Origin: Acholeplasmataceae bacterium
GTDB taxonomy: Bacteria; Bacillota_I; Bacilli_A; Acholeplasmatales; UBA5453
Length of the DNA stretch: 64,000 bases
Direction: 5' to 3'
NCBI GenBank assembly: GCA_012522345.1
Contig: JAAYKO010000040.1
Coordinates: 386-64,385 of the forward strand
In this document: positions 18,724-28,886 of the stretch, piece after piece
How positions within the stretch are numbered: the stretch's first letter is position 1
Layout: each line of letters starts with the position of its first letter
Position numbers and translations under genes: made by a program
Notes under the pieces: generated by a model
What the model was told of the DNA's origin: nothing
Database searches by the model: none
The model's input: the letters and a program-made list of their open reading frames with translations, nothing else

Positions 18724-21271
18724 AGTGTTTTAAACGTTCCTTTAATGTTTGATATTGTTTTAAATAATTTTTTTGTTTAGCTTTCTCCAACTTAACTTTC
18801 TCTGGATTAGCTTTTTCTAAAAATGCTTTATTCGACAACATTTTATCGCTTCTCATAAGTTCTTTTTCAAGTATTTGAAGGCTCTCTTTAAGTTCTTTTA
18901 TTTCATCTGCAAGGGAGATAACATCACTCTTTAAAATATACAAATTATAGTCTTTCCCTGTCAATAAAAAGGTATTATCTTCTTGTCTCTGTTCAGTTAT
19001 TTTTAAACCTTGACTTCCTAGGAAATGGGTTAATAATTGGTGCTGCTCAACCAATGTTTGGTTGGTTGTTGTAAGCCAAATCTTTAAATCTTTTCTGCCA
19101 AGATTATGTTCACTTCTAAAATTACGAACATTTCGAATTAGATCATTTAAAATATCTAAATCAGCTGCTGCTTCAGAATAATGATAACTGCTCTTTTCAG
19201 GCCACTTTGCAATCATAATTGATTTTTCATTAGTAAGTCTTTGATACAAATGCTCGGTAACAAAAGGCATAAATGGATGGAGTAGTTTTAAAATAACTTT
19301 AATCGTATAACACAAAACTGCTTCAGTGGATGCTTTAGTTTCTTCTTTTACTAAGTTCAATTTAGCATATTCAATATAATTAGAAGCGAAATAATCCCAG
19401 GTGAAATTATAAATATAACGAGCTGCTTCACCAAAATCATAACGTTCAAAATGATAATTCGCTTGTTCAATTAAATTGTTTATTCTAAATAATAAATCTC
19501 GATCAAAAACATTTAAGTCAACTGCTGATAGTGGTTGAGGATCTTTAATGTTTAAATTTACAAATCTTGCAATATTCCAAAGTTTATTGATAAAGTTCCA
19601 AGTCGATTCAACTTTTTCCATTTCAAAACGCATATCTTGTCCTGGCGTTGAATTGGTTGCGAGAAAATATCTTAAGGCATCAACTCCATAATCTTCAATA
19701 ATATCCATAGGATCGATTCCATTTCCTAATGATTTACTCATCTTACGTCCTAAATTATCACGAATTAAGCCATGGATTAATACTTCTTTAAACGGAATTG
19801 TCTCAGTAAACTCAAGTCCTTGAAAAATCATCCTTGCAACCCAAAAGAAGATAATATCATAACCTGTGACTAAAACATCGGTTGGATAATATCTTTCGTA
19901 TAGTTCTGTTTTCTTAGGCCAGCCTAAAGTGGAAAACGGCCAAAGGGCGGATGAAAACCAAGTATCTAAAACATCTTCATCTTGAACCCACCCCACTCCA
20001 GGTGATTCTACTTGAACTTTGATTTCATCACCTCGGTACCAAACAGGAATCCGATGTCCCCACCACAATTGTCTACTAATACACCAATCTTCAATTCCTT
20101 CTAACCAATTAGTAAAAATTTTTTCAAATCGTGCAGGAAAGAATTTTACGGTTGATTTTTCTAATGCCGCTTCAGCAAGTGGCTTCATTTTTACAAACCA
20201 TTGTAGCGAAAGTCGCGGTTCAACAACAACTCCTGTTCTCTCGCTATGACCAACACTATGAGTGTAATCTTCTACTTTCTCTAACAAGTTGTTTTCTTTT
20301 AAATCAGCGACAAATTTAGTTCGACATTCAAAACGATCTAAGCCTTCATATTGAAATGCCATCTCATTCATCTTACCTTTTGAATCCATACAAAGCGGCA
20401 TCTCTAAATTGTGTCTTAAACCAACTTCAAAATCATTTGGATCATGAGCTGGTGTGACTTTAACTGCTCCTGTTCCAAACTCGATATCAACAAATGAATC
20501 GGCAATTATTTTTAGTTTGACATCGGTTAAAGGTATTAGTGCAGTTTCACCGATTAAATGACGGTAACGCTTATCATCGGGATGAACCATAATCGCTTGG
20601 TCAGCAAAACATGTCTCAGGTCTTGTTGTGGCGACGACTAGATATTCATCGCTATTTAAAAGTGGGTACTTCATATAATAAAGTTTTGCTTTAACTTCAT
20701 GGTGGTCAACTTCAATATTTGATAAAGCCGTGTTCGCTTCAACATCCCAGTTGATGATTCGATGTCCGCGATAAATTAAACCCTTCTCGTAAAGCTTTAG
20801 AAAAACTTCATTGACAGCCTCATTTAAATCGTCATCTAAAGTAAATTTAAGATGATTATAGTCAACGCTAATCCCTAAACTCTTCCACTGATGATAAATG
20901 TGGCTTTGATATTCTTCTTTCCAAGCCCAAGCCTCTGCTAAAAATGCCTCTCTACCTATTTCGAAACGGTCAAGGCCTCGCTCCCGAAGACTTTGATCGA
21001 CAACTGCCTGAGTTGCAATTCCGGCATGATCAGTTCCCGGTAGATAAAGGGCATCATAACCTTGCATTCTTTTGCGTCTAATAATAATATCTTGTAAAGT
21101 ATTATCCATCGCATGACCTAGATGAAGCTTACCAGTTATATTTGGTGGCGGAATAACGGTACAGAAAGGTTTTTTTGTTAAATCACCTGAAGCAAACAAG
21201 TTATGCTTTAGCCAATATTCATAGAGATTTTTTTCAACTTTTTTATGATTATATTTGGTCGTTATTGCCAT
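18710..21271 (-). CDS. valS: Valine--tRNA ligase
   Basis: HIGH region PPPNITGKLHLGH, KMSKS motif and a C-terminal coiled coil. 853 aa. Confidence 0.97.
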   Translation of the reverse strand: MAITTKYNHKKVEKNLYEYWLKHNLFASGDLTKKPFCTVIPPPNITGKLHLGHAMDNTLQDIIIRRKRMQGYDALYLPGTDHAGIATQAVVDQSLRERGLDRFEIGREAFLAEAWAWKEEYQSHIYHQWKSLGISVDYNHLKFTLDDDLNEAVNEVFLKLYEKGLIYRGHRIINWDVEANTALSNIEVDHHEVKAKLYYMKYPLLNSDEYLVVATTRPETCFADQAIMVHPDDKRYRHLIGETALIPLTDVKLKIIADSFVDIEFGTGAVKVTPAHDPNDFEVGLRHNLEMPLCMDSKGKMNEMAFQYEGLDRFECRTKFVADLKENNLLEKVEDYTHSVGHSERTGVVVEPRLSLQWFVKMKPLAEAALEKSTVKFFPARFEKIFTNWLEGIEDWCISRQLWWGHRIPVWYRGDEIKVQVESPGVGWVQDEDVLDTWFSSALWPFSTLGWPKKTELYERYYPTDVLVTGYDIIFFWVARMIFQGLEFTETIPFKEVLIHGLIRDNLGRKMSKSLGNGIDPMDIIEDYGVDALRYFLATNSTPGQDMRFEMEKVESTWNFINKLWNIARFVNLNIKDPQPLSAVDLNVFDRDLLFRINNLIEQANYHFERYDFGEAARYIYNFTWDYFASNYIEYAKLNLVKEETKASTEAVLCYTIKVILKLLHPFMPFVTEHLYQRLTNEKSIMIAKWPEKSSYHYSEAAADLDILNDLIRNVRNFRSEHNLGRKDLKIWLTTTNQTLVEQHQLLTHFLGSQGLKITEQRQEDNTFLLTGKDYNLYILKSDVISLADEIKELKESLQILEKELMRSDKMLSNKAFLEKANPEKVKLEKAKQKNYLKQYQTLKERLKHYETR

Positions 21272-21780
21272 GGTAATAGTCTCCTTTCAAAATCAACTTT
21301 TTTAAGTTCATATTCATAAGTTTTTACAATCTTATCTTTAAGTTCAGTTTGTCCTTCATGAGAAAATTTAAAGCCTAACTTTTCTAAAACATTTTGACTG
21401 CGTAAATTATCAATAAAAGTGCTTGCATTAATTACAATATAATTTGTATAACAAAACAAATAAATTATTACCGCTTTACAAGCTTCATGCATAATCCCTT
21501 TTTGCCAATAATCGCGTCCCAAAACATAGCCTAAATAAACTTTGCCATTTTGCTGATGAATCCCAATTGTCCCGATCATTTTATTTTGATAAATAATCCC
21601 ATAAACATTGTTTTGTTTGACCATCATTTCAATAATCATTTGAGTTTCAACAAGGTTTTTATGTACAGACCAACCAGCGTTAGGTCCAACCTCCGGATCT
21701 TGAGCATAATCAAACATATCGGAAGCATCGGTTAATTCGATATTTCTCAATTGCAATCTAGGTGTGTAAATTTTTATCAT
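21262..21780 (-). CDS. GNAT N-acetyltransferase, RimJ/RimL-like
   Basis: MIKIYTPRLQLRNIELTDA... WQKGIMHEACKAVIIY... NLRSQNVLEKLGF. The ATG at 21780 lies 6 nt after the RBS GAGGTG. The 3' end overlaps the valS start by 10 nt. Confidence 0.75.
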   Translation of the reverse strand: MIKIYTPRLQLRNIELTDASDMFDYAQDPEVGPNAGWSVHKNLVETQMIIEMMVKQNNVYGIIYQNKMIGTIGIHQQNGKVYLGYVLGRDYWQKGIMHEACKAVIIYLFCYTNYIVINASTFIDNLRSQNVLEKLGFKFSHEGQTELKDKIVKTYEYELKKVDFERRLLPWQ

Positions 21781-21796
21781 TCCATTCACCTCTTTT

Positions 21797-21995
21797 AAAA
21801 AAAACGCCCTTAGAAAATCTAAGGACGTTAACTCAACGTGGTACCACCTTAGTTCTGTAAATATTACAGCACTTATTATGTCAATAACGGAACAACCCGT
21901 GCCCTCTTACTCAACTTCAGAAGACCACTCCCTAGTGACTTCAACAAAACAGTTTGTATGCCCTCTCACCACACGAGCACTCTCTTGAACTCTTA
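21797..21995 (-). promoter_or_regulatory. T-box riboswitch with a valine (GUC) specifier
   Basis: On the minus strand I read:
- the AGAGAG box (21977-21987)
- GGUGAGAG
- the specifier loop GAA-GUC-A (GUC is the complement of 21937-21939)
- the T-box sequence AAGGUGGUACCACG (21837-21850)
- the terminator AACGUCCUUAG-AUUUU-CUAAGGGCGUU plus U8 (21797-21829). Confidence 0.85.
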
Positions 21996-22047
21996 TTTTG
22001 CTTACTACTCTAGTTCATCGCTTTATTTAAGTATAATCTAAATGATT

Positions 22048-22905
22048 TTATTTTTCAAGATATAAAATTCCAATCGTTCCTGCACCGCAATGTGTTGAGA
22101 TAACTACTCCAGCATGTGAGACAATTAAGTTTTGAATTTTAAGACCTGATTGTTTAATTTTTTGAATGATATATTTTTCCATTTTCGGGGCAAACGAATG
22201 AGTAATAAAAACAAATTCAGAATCTAATTTACCCATCTCAGCGACAGCGAAAAAATCGTTTAACATATGATCTACTGCCCGGCTCATCTTACCGACACTT
22301 TTTTTATAAACATCTAGTTTTCCATCAAACATTTTAATTTGAGGTTTTAATGCTAAAACTGTTCCCAGAAGTCTTGCAAGTGCACTACACCTTCCACCTT
22401 TATGGAGATACTCTAAAGTCTTAATCACAAATTGAGTATGCATTTTAGGAACTAATTTATCTAGCTCCTGGCCAATCTCAACAGCACTCATACCTTGGTC
22501 GCGATATTTTACTGCCTTCAAAGTTAAAAGTGCCAAAGCACCAGATAAAGATTTGCTGTCTACTACTACAACTCTACCCTGTTCATATTCTTGACTTGTT
22601 AAATAAGCATTTTGAAAAGTCGAAGATATTTTTGAACTTAAAGTTAAACAAACAATATCATAATCTTGTTCAATAAATGAATCGAAATGCTTTTTCCATT
22701 CCAAAGGCGTGATTGCAGCTGTTTTAGGCAAAATCTTATTTTTCTCAACCATTTCATAAAGTTTTGGAGTCGTTATATCAACACCATCACGATATGTCTT
22801 TTCACCAAATAATATAAAATACGGAACAATATAAATATTATGTTTAGCAATTAAATCTTTAGGAATATCAGAACCTGAATCAGTAATTATTTGAACTTTT
22901 CTCAT
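22048..22905 (-). CDS. DegV-family fatty-acid-binding protein
   Basis: 285 aa. N-terminal VQIITDSGSDIP motif and DegV-like length and profile. Confidence 0.85.
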   Translation of the reverse strand: MRKVQIITDSGSDIPKDLIAKHNIYIVPYFILFGEKTYRDGVDITTPKLYEMVEKNKILPKTAAITPLEWKKHFDSFIEQDYDIVCLTLSSKISSTFQNAYLTSQEYEQGRVVVVDSKSLSGALALLTLKAVKYRDQGMSAVEIGQELDKLVPKMHTQFVIKTLEYLHKGGRCSALARLLGTVLALKPQIKMFDGKLDVYKKSVGKMSRAVDHMLNDFFAVAEMGKLDSEFVFITHSFAPKMEKYIIQKIKQSGLKIQNLIVSHAGVVISTHCGAGTIGILYLEK

Positions 22906-23474
22906 TTTTCCACCTCATCAAATATTTTAAATAATAAATCTAAACCGATATTTTTAACAACCGAAGTTAAAATAACTTGATTAGTTTGAAAATGTTGCTT
23001 AAATCTTTTTTTAGCAGCACTTGTCTCTTTTTGATTTAATTTGTCTATTTTAGTCGCGACAACAACAACTTCAAAGTCAAAATGTTTTAAATAATCATAC
23101 ATTATTAAATCATCTTTTGTCGGTCCAACCTTATAGTCAATTAAAAGACAAACTTTTTTCAACTGACTGCGCGATTTTAAATATGTTTCAATCATTTGAC
23201 CAAAACTTGCAATGGCAGATTTAGATCGCCGTGCATAACCATATCCTGGTGCATCAACCAAATAAAATGTCTCATTAATCAAATAAAAATTAAGCGTAAT
23301 TGTTCGCCCTGGAGTTTTACTAATTCTTGCCAGATTTTTCCTCTTTGTTAAAAAATTAATTAAACTTGACTTACCAACATTAGATCTGCCCAAAAATAAA
23401 TATTCGTTTTTAAAATCTTGAGGAAATTGTTCTTTGTTCACTGCACTTAAAATAAATTCTGCTTGTTTAATCAT
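22902..23474 (-). CDS. engB: Ribosome biogenesis GTPase EngB/YsxC
   Basis: G1 GRSNVGKSSLIN, G3 DAPGYG, G4 TKID. Lies downstream of lon as in Bacillus. Confidence 0.92.
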   Translation of the reverse strand: MIKQAEFILSAVNKEQFPQDFKNEYLFLGRSNVGKSSLINFLTKRKNLARISKTPGRTITLNFYLINETFYLVDAPGYGYARRSKSAIASFGQMIETYLKSRSQLKKVCLLIDYKVGPTKDDLIMYDYLKHFDFEVVVVATKIDKLNQKETSAAKKRFKQHFQTNQVILTSVVKNIGLDLLFKIFDEVEK

Positions 23475-23558
23475 ACCTTTATTATAACTTATATCAATTA
23501 GTTTTTGCCAATTATAGTATTTTTTTTATATTCATAATAAAAAAGGCGAATTAATCGC

Positions 23559-25868
23559 CTATTCTACAAATATTTGACCAACCACATCATCAATGTTAGC
23601 GATTGGAACAATTTCTAATTTTTCCTTAACCTCTTCCGGTACTTCTTCAATATCGTGCATATTGTCGCGAGGAATAAATATTTTTTCTAATCCGCTTCGA
23701 TGAGCAGCTATACTTTTTTCTCTAAGTCCGCCGATACTTAAGACATACCCTCTTAAAGTCATCTCCCCAGTCATTCCAATTTTGCGGTTAACCTTTTTAC
23801 CTGTCGCAGCACTTATAATTGCGCAAGCAATGGTGATTCCCGCAGACGGTCCATCTTTTGGAATTGCTCCTTGCGGCACATGAATATGAAAATCATTTTC
23901 CTTAAAAATGTTTTCCGGAATCTTAAACCGGTTTTGATTAGCCTTAACGTACGATAGAGCAGTCTCAGCTGATTCTTTCATCACTTCGCCGAGTTTTCCA
24001 GTTAAATGAATTTTCCCAGTTCCCTCATAATAATTAACTTCAATTGGCAGTGTATCCCCACCAAATTGAGTGTAGGCAAGTCCTGTAACAACTCCCACTT
24101 GGTCTGTTTGGTCTAAGATGTTGTGGCGGTATTTCGGCTGACCTAAATATGATTCTAAATTACTATCAGTAACTGAAACACTAGCAATTTTATCGACTAA
24201 AATCTCTTTAATACCTTTTCTAATCAGGGTGCCAACAACGCGATTGACTTCTCTTACACCAGCTTCGCGAGTATAATTTTGAATAATTTTATAAATCGCT
24301 TCATCCGTAATTGAAAATTCATTTTCCTTCATTCCATGGGCTTCTAACTGCTTTGGAATTAAGTGCTGTCTTGTAATATTAAATTTCTCAAATTCCGTAT
24401 AACTAGAGAGTTCAACAATTTCCATTCTATCCTTTAATGGAGCTGGAATGTTTTCCAAATAGTTCGCGGTTGTAATAAATAAAACTTTCGAAAGATCATA
24501 AGTCTCTTCTAAATAATTATCACTAAAATGAGAGTTTTGTTCAGGGTCTAAAACTTCTAACATCGCGCTAGCAGGATCTCCTCTAAAATCTCTTGACATC
24601 TTATCAATCTCATCAAGAAGGAAGACAGGGTTAATCGTTCCAGCGTCTTTCATTCCTTTTAAGATTCTTCCTGGCAGGGCTCCGATATAAGTTCTTCTAT
24701 GACCTCTAATCTCAGCCTCATCTCTAATTCCACCTAAAGATTGCTTAACAAATTTTCTGCCCAATGCATTCGCAATTGAAACACCTAAACTGGTTTTTCC
24801 AGTTCCCGGTGGACCAACAAGACATAAAATAGTTTGCGGATTTTTCTTTGTTTTAATTTTAACTGCTAAATATTCAATAATTCGGTCTTTAACTTTATCG
24901 AGACCATAGTGATTCTCATCAAGTTTCTCCTGAACTTTTTTAATTGAATTAACGTCTTTGCTCTGTTTGTGCCAAGGTAAATCAATTAAAAAATCAAGAT
25001 AAGTCTTTATAATGCTCGATTCAGCCATCATCGGATTCATCGATGAATATCTCGCCAATTCTTGCAGTGCCTTTTCCTCAATTTGCTTTGGCATTTTAGC
25101 CTTTTCAATCTTTTCTCTTAACTCTTCAATTTCATCTTCACGCTTAGCTTTATCGCCCAATTCATTTTGAATTGCTCGCATTTTTTCTCGCAAATAATAT
25201 TCTTTTTGCGATTCGTCAATTGATCGTCTGACTTCTTCATTAATTTCTCTTTCTAAATCGCTAACCATCTTTTGACGTGCGATATCTTCAAGGATGTATT
25301 GGAGCCGTGCATTTAGATTCAATTCACTTAAATACTTATATTTATTCATCTCATTGCCTTTGAGTCCATAGACAATGATGTCAGCCATTTTTTCAGTTGT
25401 AATTCCGCTCTGCGCACTTCTTAAAATTTCTTGCGGATTGTTTAAAACAGCATTAGCGTTTGTAATCGCTTCATTTAAAACCATTTTTGTTAGTGTTGTT
25501 TCTTTATCAAAATCGTCACTAATTGTATTAACTTCTTCATATTCGCAGACGAAAAATGGATTAGTTAAAAAATAATCCAGGATTTTTACTCTTTTGAGAA
25601 TGCTGAATTTCGCTTTAATATTACCATTGGGAAGTTTTACTTTCATCGTAACTTTAGCTAAAGCACCGTATTCCTCAATATCACTTGGAGTTGGGTTATC
25701 AATTAATGGGTTTTTTTGCACTAAAATTAAGATTTGGTTGTCAAATGCTTTTTCGGCTTCATCTAAAGCTTTTAAAGACATCGGTCTACCAATATCACTT
25801 CGAAAATCATTATTTGGAATCGGGACAATACCCCTTACAGCAAAAGCAGGTAAATTTCTTCTATCCAT
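23559..25868 (-). CDS. lon: ATP-dependent Lon protease
   Basis: Lon N-domain, Walker A GPPGTGKTS, and the protease Ser motif PKDGPSAGIT. The likely start is the ATG at 25868 (MDRRNLPAF). Confidence 0.97.
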   Translation of the reverse strand: MDRRNLPAFAVRGIVPIPNNDFRSDIGRPMSLKALDEAEKAFDNQILILVQKNPLIDNPTPSDIEEYGALAKVTMKVKLPNGNIKAKFSILKRVKILDYFLTNPFFVCEYEEVNTISDDFDKETTLTKMVLNEAITNANAVLNNPQEILRSAQSGITTEKMADIIVYGLKGNEMNKYKYLSELNLNARLQYILEDIARQKMVSDLEREINEEVRRSIDESQKEYYLREKMRAIQNELGDKAKREDEIEELREKIEKAKMPKQIEEKALQELARYSSMNPMMAESSIIKTYLDFLIDLPWHKQSKDVNSIKKVQEKLDENHYGLDKVKDRIIEYLAVKIKTKKNPQTILCLVGPPGTGKTSLGVSIANALGRKFVKQSLGGIRDEAEIRGHRRTYIGALPGRILKGMKDAGTINPVFLLDEIDKMSRDFRGDPASAMLEVLDPEQNSHFSDNYLEETYDLSKVLFITTANYLENIPAPLKDRMEIVELSSYTEFEKFNITRQHLIPKQLEAHGMKENEFSITDEAIYKIIQNYTREAGVREVNRVVGTLIRKGIKEILVDKIASVSVTDSNLESYLGQPKYRHNILDQTDQVGVVTGLAYTQFGGDTLPIEVNYYEGTGKIHLTGKLGEVMKESAETALSYVKANQNRFKIPENIFKENDFHIHVPQGAIPKDGPSAGITIACAIISAATGKKVNRKIGMTGEMTLRGYVLSIGGLREKSIAAHRSGLEKIFIPRDNMHDIEEVPEEVKEKLEIVPIANIDDVVGQIFVE

Positions 25869-25898
25869 AACATCACCTCTTAACAATACTTTACCATT

Positions 25899-25947
25899 AG
25901 TCTACCACAAATAGATTTTATTTGCAATCGATATGACAGAGTGCCAA
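25899..25947 (-). promoter_or_regulatory. lon promoter overlapped by a CIRCE-like (HrcA) inverted repeat
   Basis: TTTGCAATC-N9-GAGTGCCAA (25921-25947) matches the CIRCE consensus TTAGCACTC-N9-GAGTGCTAA at 15 of 18 positions. The -35 TTGCAA (25922-25927) lies inside the repeat, with a 17-nt spacer to the -10 TAGACT (25899-25904). Confidence 0.5.
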
Positions 25948-25987
25948 TCCGCTTATTTGCGAACTAATGATAACTTAAATTTATTAC

Positions 25988-27280
25988 TTATTCTTGATCA
26001 ATTTCTTTAATATTTTCCTCAAGAAAATCAATCGTTTTAGAAAATCTTACTTCTTTGATAATAACTTCTTCAGTTAATTGCTTTTTAACCTCTTTAAGAT
26101 CCATATTATAGAGTTTTGCAATCTCTTCATATTTATCCTTAATCTCTTCTTCAGCAACCGGTAAAGCCTCTTTTTCAGCAATCGCATCAATAACTAAGCT
26201 TGTTAAGACTCGTTCCTGTGCTTGTCTACCAATTTCTGCCTCAAACTGTTCCATAGTCATCCCACTAAACTGAACATACATTTCAAACTCTATTCCGTAT
26301 TGTTTGGCTTGTTGTTCTATTGAACTGCGAATGTTTTTTTGTTCTTGTTCAATCATTTCAAAGGGAATATCAACATTCGCATTGTCGACCGCAAACTTAA
26401 CAGCGGCGCCGACGATTCGATTTTTTTCACTAGTTGTTTTTTGAGCAGCTAAATTCTCTTCAATGTCTGTCTTTAGCTGGTCAACAGTTTCAATTTTATC
26501 TCTTTTTAATGATTTTACAAACTCATCAGTCAATTGCTCTTTAACTTCTTGTTTAATCTCATGTAATTTAACCTTAAAAACTGCTTCTTGACCAGCCAAA
26601 CTCTTTTCATGATAATCTTTAGGAAATTCCACCTTAATCTCTTTTTCTTCGCCAGTATTCATCCCGACTAATTTTTCCTCAAAACCAGGGATAAATTGAT
26701 TTGATCCGATTTTAAGTTGATGATTTTCTGCTTTACCGCCAGCAAAAGCTTCGCCATCAACAAAGCCTTCAAAATCAATAATTGCGGTGTCGCCATTTTC
26801 TAACGCGCCTGCTTCTTTTAAAACCAGCTGACTGTTTCGCGACAATAACATTTGAATTTCCTGTTCAATTTCTTCCTCGCTTACAGTTAGATCTTTCTTT
26901 TCAACCTCAGCTCCTACATAAGCTCCTAATTTAACATCGGGCTTAACCGGGAAAGTTAAACTAACCTCAAAAGGTTTTTCAAGAGTTATTTTTTTAATAT
27001 CTACATCAATTTTTGGTTCACCGACAATAATAACTGTTGATTCTTCAAACACTTTTTGATAATTTTGTGCAATTACATAATTTAATGCTTCTTCATACAA
27101 AGATTCAACCCCAAATCTATTTTCATAAACATTTCTTGGGACATGACCTTTTCTAAAACCTTTTACTTCAATGTCTTTCTTCACTTTATCAAAAGCGTAA
27201 TCAAGCCCTTCAGCAAAGACTTTCGGCGTAATTTCAAATGTAAATTTCGCATAATTGGTTCCTAATTTTTCAAATTTCAT
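25988..27280 (-). CDS. tig: Trigger factor
   Basis: 430 aa. Ribosome-binding motif GFRKGHVPRNV, followed by the FKBP-type domain and the C-terminal domain. Confidence 0.95.
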   Translation of the reverse strand: MKFEKLGTNYAKFTFEITPKVFAEGLDYAFDKVKKDIEVKGFRKGHVPRNVYENRFGVESLYEEALNYVIAQNYQKVFEESTVIIVGEPKIDVDIKKITLEKPFEVSLTFPVKPDVKLGAYVGAEVEKKDLTVSEEEIEQEIQMLLSRNSQLVLKEAGALENGDTAIIDFEGFVDGEAFAGGKAENHQLKIGSNQFIPGFEEKLVGMNTGEEKEIKVEFPKDYHEKSLAGQEAVFKVKLHEIKQEVKEQLTDEFVKSLKRDKIETVDQLKTDIEENLAAQKTTSEKNRIVGAAVKFAVDNANVDIPFEMIEQEQKNIRSSIEQQAKQYGIEFEMYVQFSGMTMEQFEAEIGRQAQERVLTSLVIDAIAEKEALPVAEEEIKDKYEEIAKLYNMDLKEVKKQLTEEVIIKEVRFSKTIDFLEENIKEIDQE

Positions 27281-27435
27281 ATTTATATTCCTCCATAACC
27301 TTTACTATTATAGCATGAACTTATGCAATTATAACTTTTTTATCCGAAAAATAATAACAAAGCGCTCTTATTAGTTTAAATTATAATCTTTTTAGACTAT
27401 AATAACAGTAGAATCATAGATAAGGAGGTTAAATA

Positions 27436-28668
27436 ATGAGACGCTTTGAAAAGATTATTAATTGGATTATAGTGGCACTAATTGTCGTTATTTTGGCTTT
27501 TCAACTTCCTTATAAAGAGATAAAAAATGCGACTAAAAGGTTTTTTAATACTATTCACCAATTAATTGAAAATATTGCTGATAATACTTCCTTTGACCGC
27601 GATTCTACAAGTGATAAATATGTTTTTAATATTGACTTTGAAGTTAGCGATGAACAATACTATTACGCAACAATTAAATTTAAGACAATTGATGTTCAGA
27701 AAATAACTGCAATTGAAATAAACAATGTTTTCTTTTTCGATTTTAAAGAAGTCGATTCCAGCGCTAAAACTATTGTTGTCGATCTCAACTTAATAATCAA
27801 TCCTGCCTTAACTTTTGAAAAAATATCGATTGGTAGTATCGTCACTGAAACAACAACTTTCCAAAGTAAATTTGAAACAACCTTTTTCAAAGCGATTGAT
27901 TATCAAATAATAAATGAAAAAAGACAAAGCATTATTGGAATATCCGCTGCTAAAGCAACATTCTTTCCCTTTGTCAGTGATAACTCTGTTTGGGGAAGTG
28001 GGATAATATTTAAAAAGAGCGAAATAATAGTTAACAATTCTGTGGTCGCTTATGAATACCTTATTTTAACAAATGCCCATGTCGTTGAAAAAAAGGACGA
28101 TTTTACAATCCATTATCAGAAAATGAATAATAAATATCCTAAAAGAGGACGCTACGAGTCCGTTGAACTACTGGGAACATATATTTATCATACCGACTTA
28201 GCCATTTTAAAATTAACAACAAAAGATGATTCATTGGTGAGTTTAGAAGATGAACAATTCATCACTAAAACACCTGTTTCAATCGAAGTTGGTCAAGTTG
28301 TTTTCTCGATTGGCTCTCCTGTGATTAAAAATGAAATTATGTTTAACCAAGAAAAAATCGGAATTATTAAAGAACTCAATCGATCAGTTCGTTTAAAAGA
28401 CTCAGACGAAATCTGTCGCGATGGTTGTAACGCCTTTCAAACTTCTACTTTTCAAGGTCAAGGCTCTTCTGGTGGAGGAGTTTTCGATGTCAACGGAAAT
28501 TTAATTGGAATTCACTTTGGTGGCCGTGAAGAAACAATGATTTCTTCAGAAATCCCAATGGAGAAAATCTTAGAAGCCATCGAATATATTTTAGGTGTTT
28601 ATGAAGCAAAAAGAAGTCACGTCGACTTCTTTTTTTTATCGGAAAACTTCATGATGATTCTCGCATAA
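27436..28668 (+). CDS. Membrane-anchored trypsin-like (S1) serine protease
   Basis: N-terminal TM IINWIIVALIVVILAF. Catalytic triad context LTNAHVV / TDLAILKL / GQGSSGGGVFD. The N-terminal domain of about 170 aa is unassigned. Confidence 0.7.
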   Translation: MRRFEKIINWIIVALIVVILAFQLPYKEIKNATKRFFNTIHQLIENIADNTSFDRDSTSDKYVFNIDFEVSDEQYYYATIKFKTIDVQKITAIEINNVFFFDFKEVDSSAKTIVVDLNLIINPALTFEKISIGSIVTETTTFQSKFETTFFKAIDYQIINEKRQSIIGISAAKATFFPFVSDNSVWGSGIIFKKSEIIVNNSVVAYEYLILTNAHVVEKKDDFTIHYQKMNNKYPKRGRYESVELLGTYIYHTDLAILKLTTKDDSLVSLEDEQFITKTPVSIEVGQVVFSIGSPVIKNEIMFNQEKIGIIKELNRSVRLKDSDEICRDGCNAFQTSTFQGQGSSGGGVFDVNGNLIGIHFGGREETMISSEIPMEKILEAIEYILGVYEAKRSHVDFFFLSENFMMILA

Positions 28669-28694
28669 AATGTTGAGATTAAGCCACAAGTTGT

Positions 28695-28886
28695 TTAGCC
28701 AATTTGATAGCCTATATCAATTATTGTCTGCTCAATTAATTGTGAAGAAACATTTTTATTTTCTTTAAAAGTTACAATGCCTGAATCTAAATCAACTTTG
28801 ACCTTTTTCAAGCCCAATTCTTTTAAAGCTGCACTGACTCTTTTACTGCAGTGCATACAGTTCATTCCACTCACTTTGATTTTCAC
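28695..28886 (-). CDS. copZ: Copper chaperone CopZ
   Basis: 63 aa HMA domain with GMNCMHC. Overlaps the copA stop by 4 nt. Confidence 0.85.
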   Translation of the reverse strand: MKIKVSGMNCMHCSKRVSAALKELGLKKVKVDLDSGIVTFKENKNVSSQLIEQTIIDIGYQIG

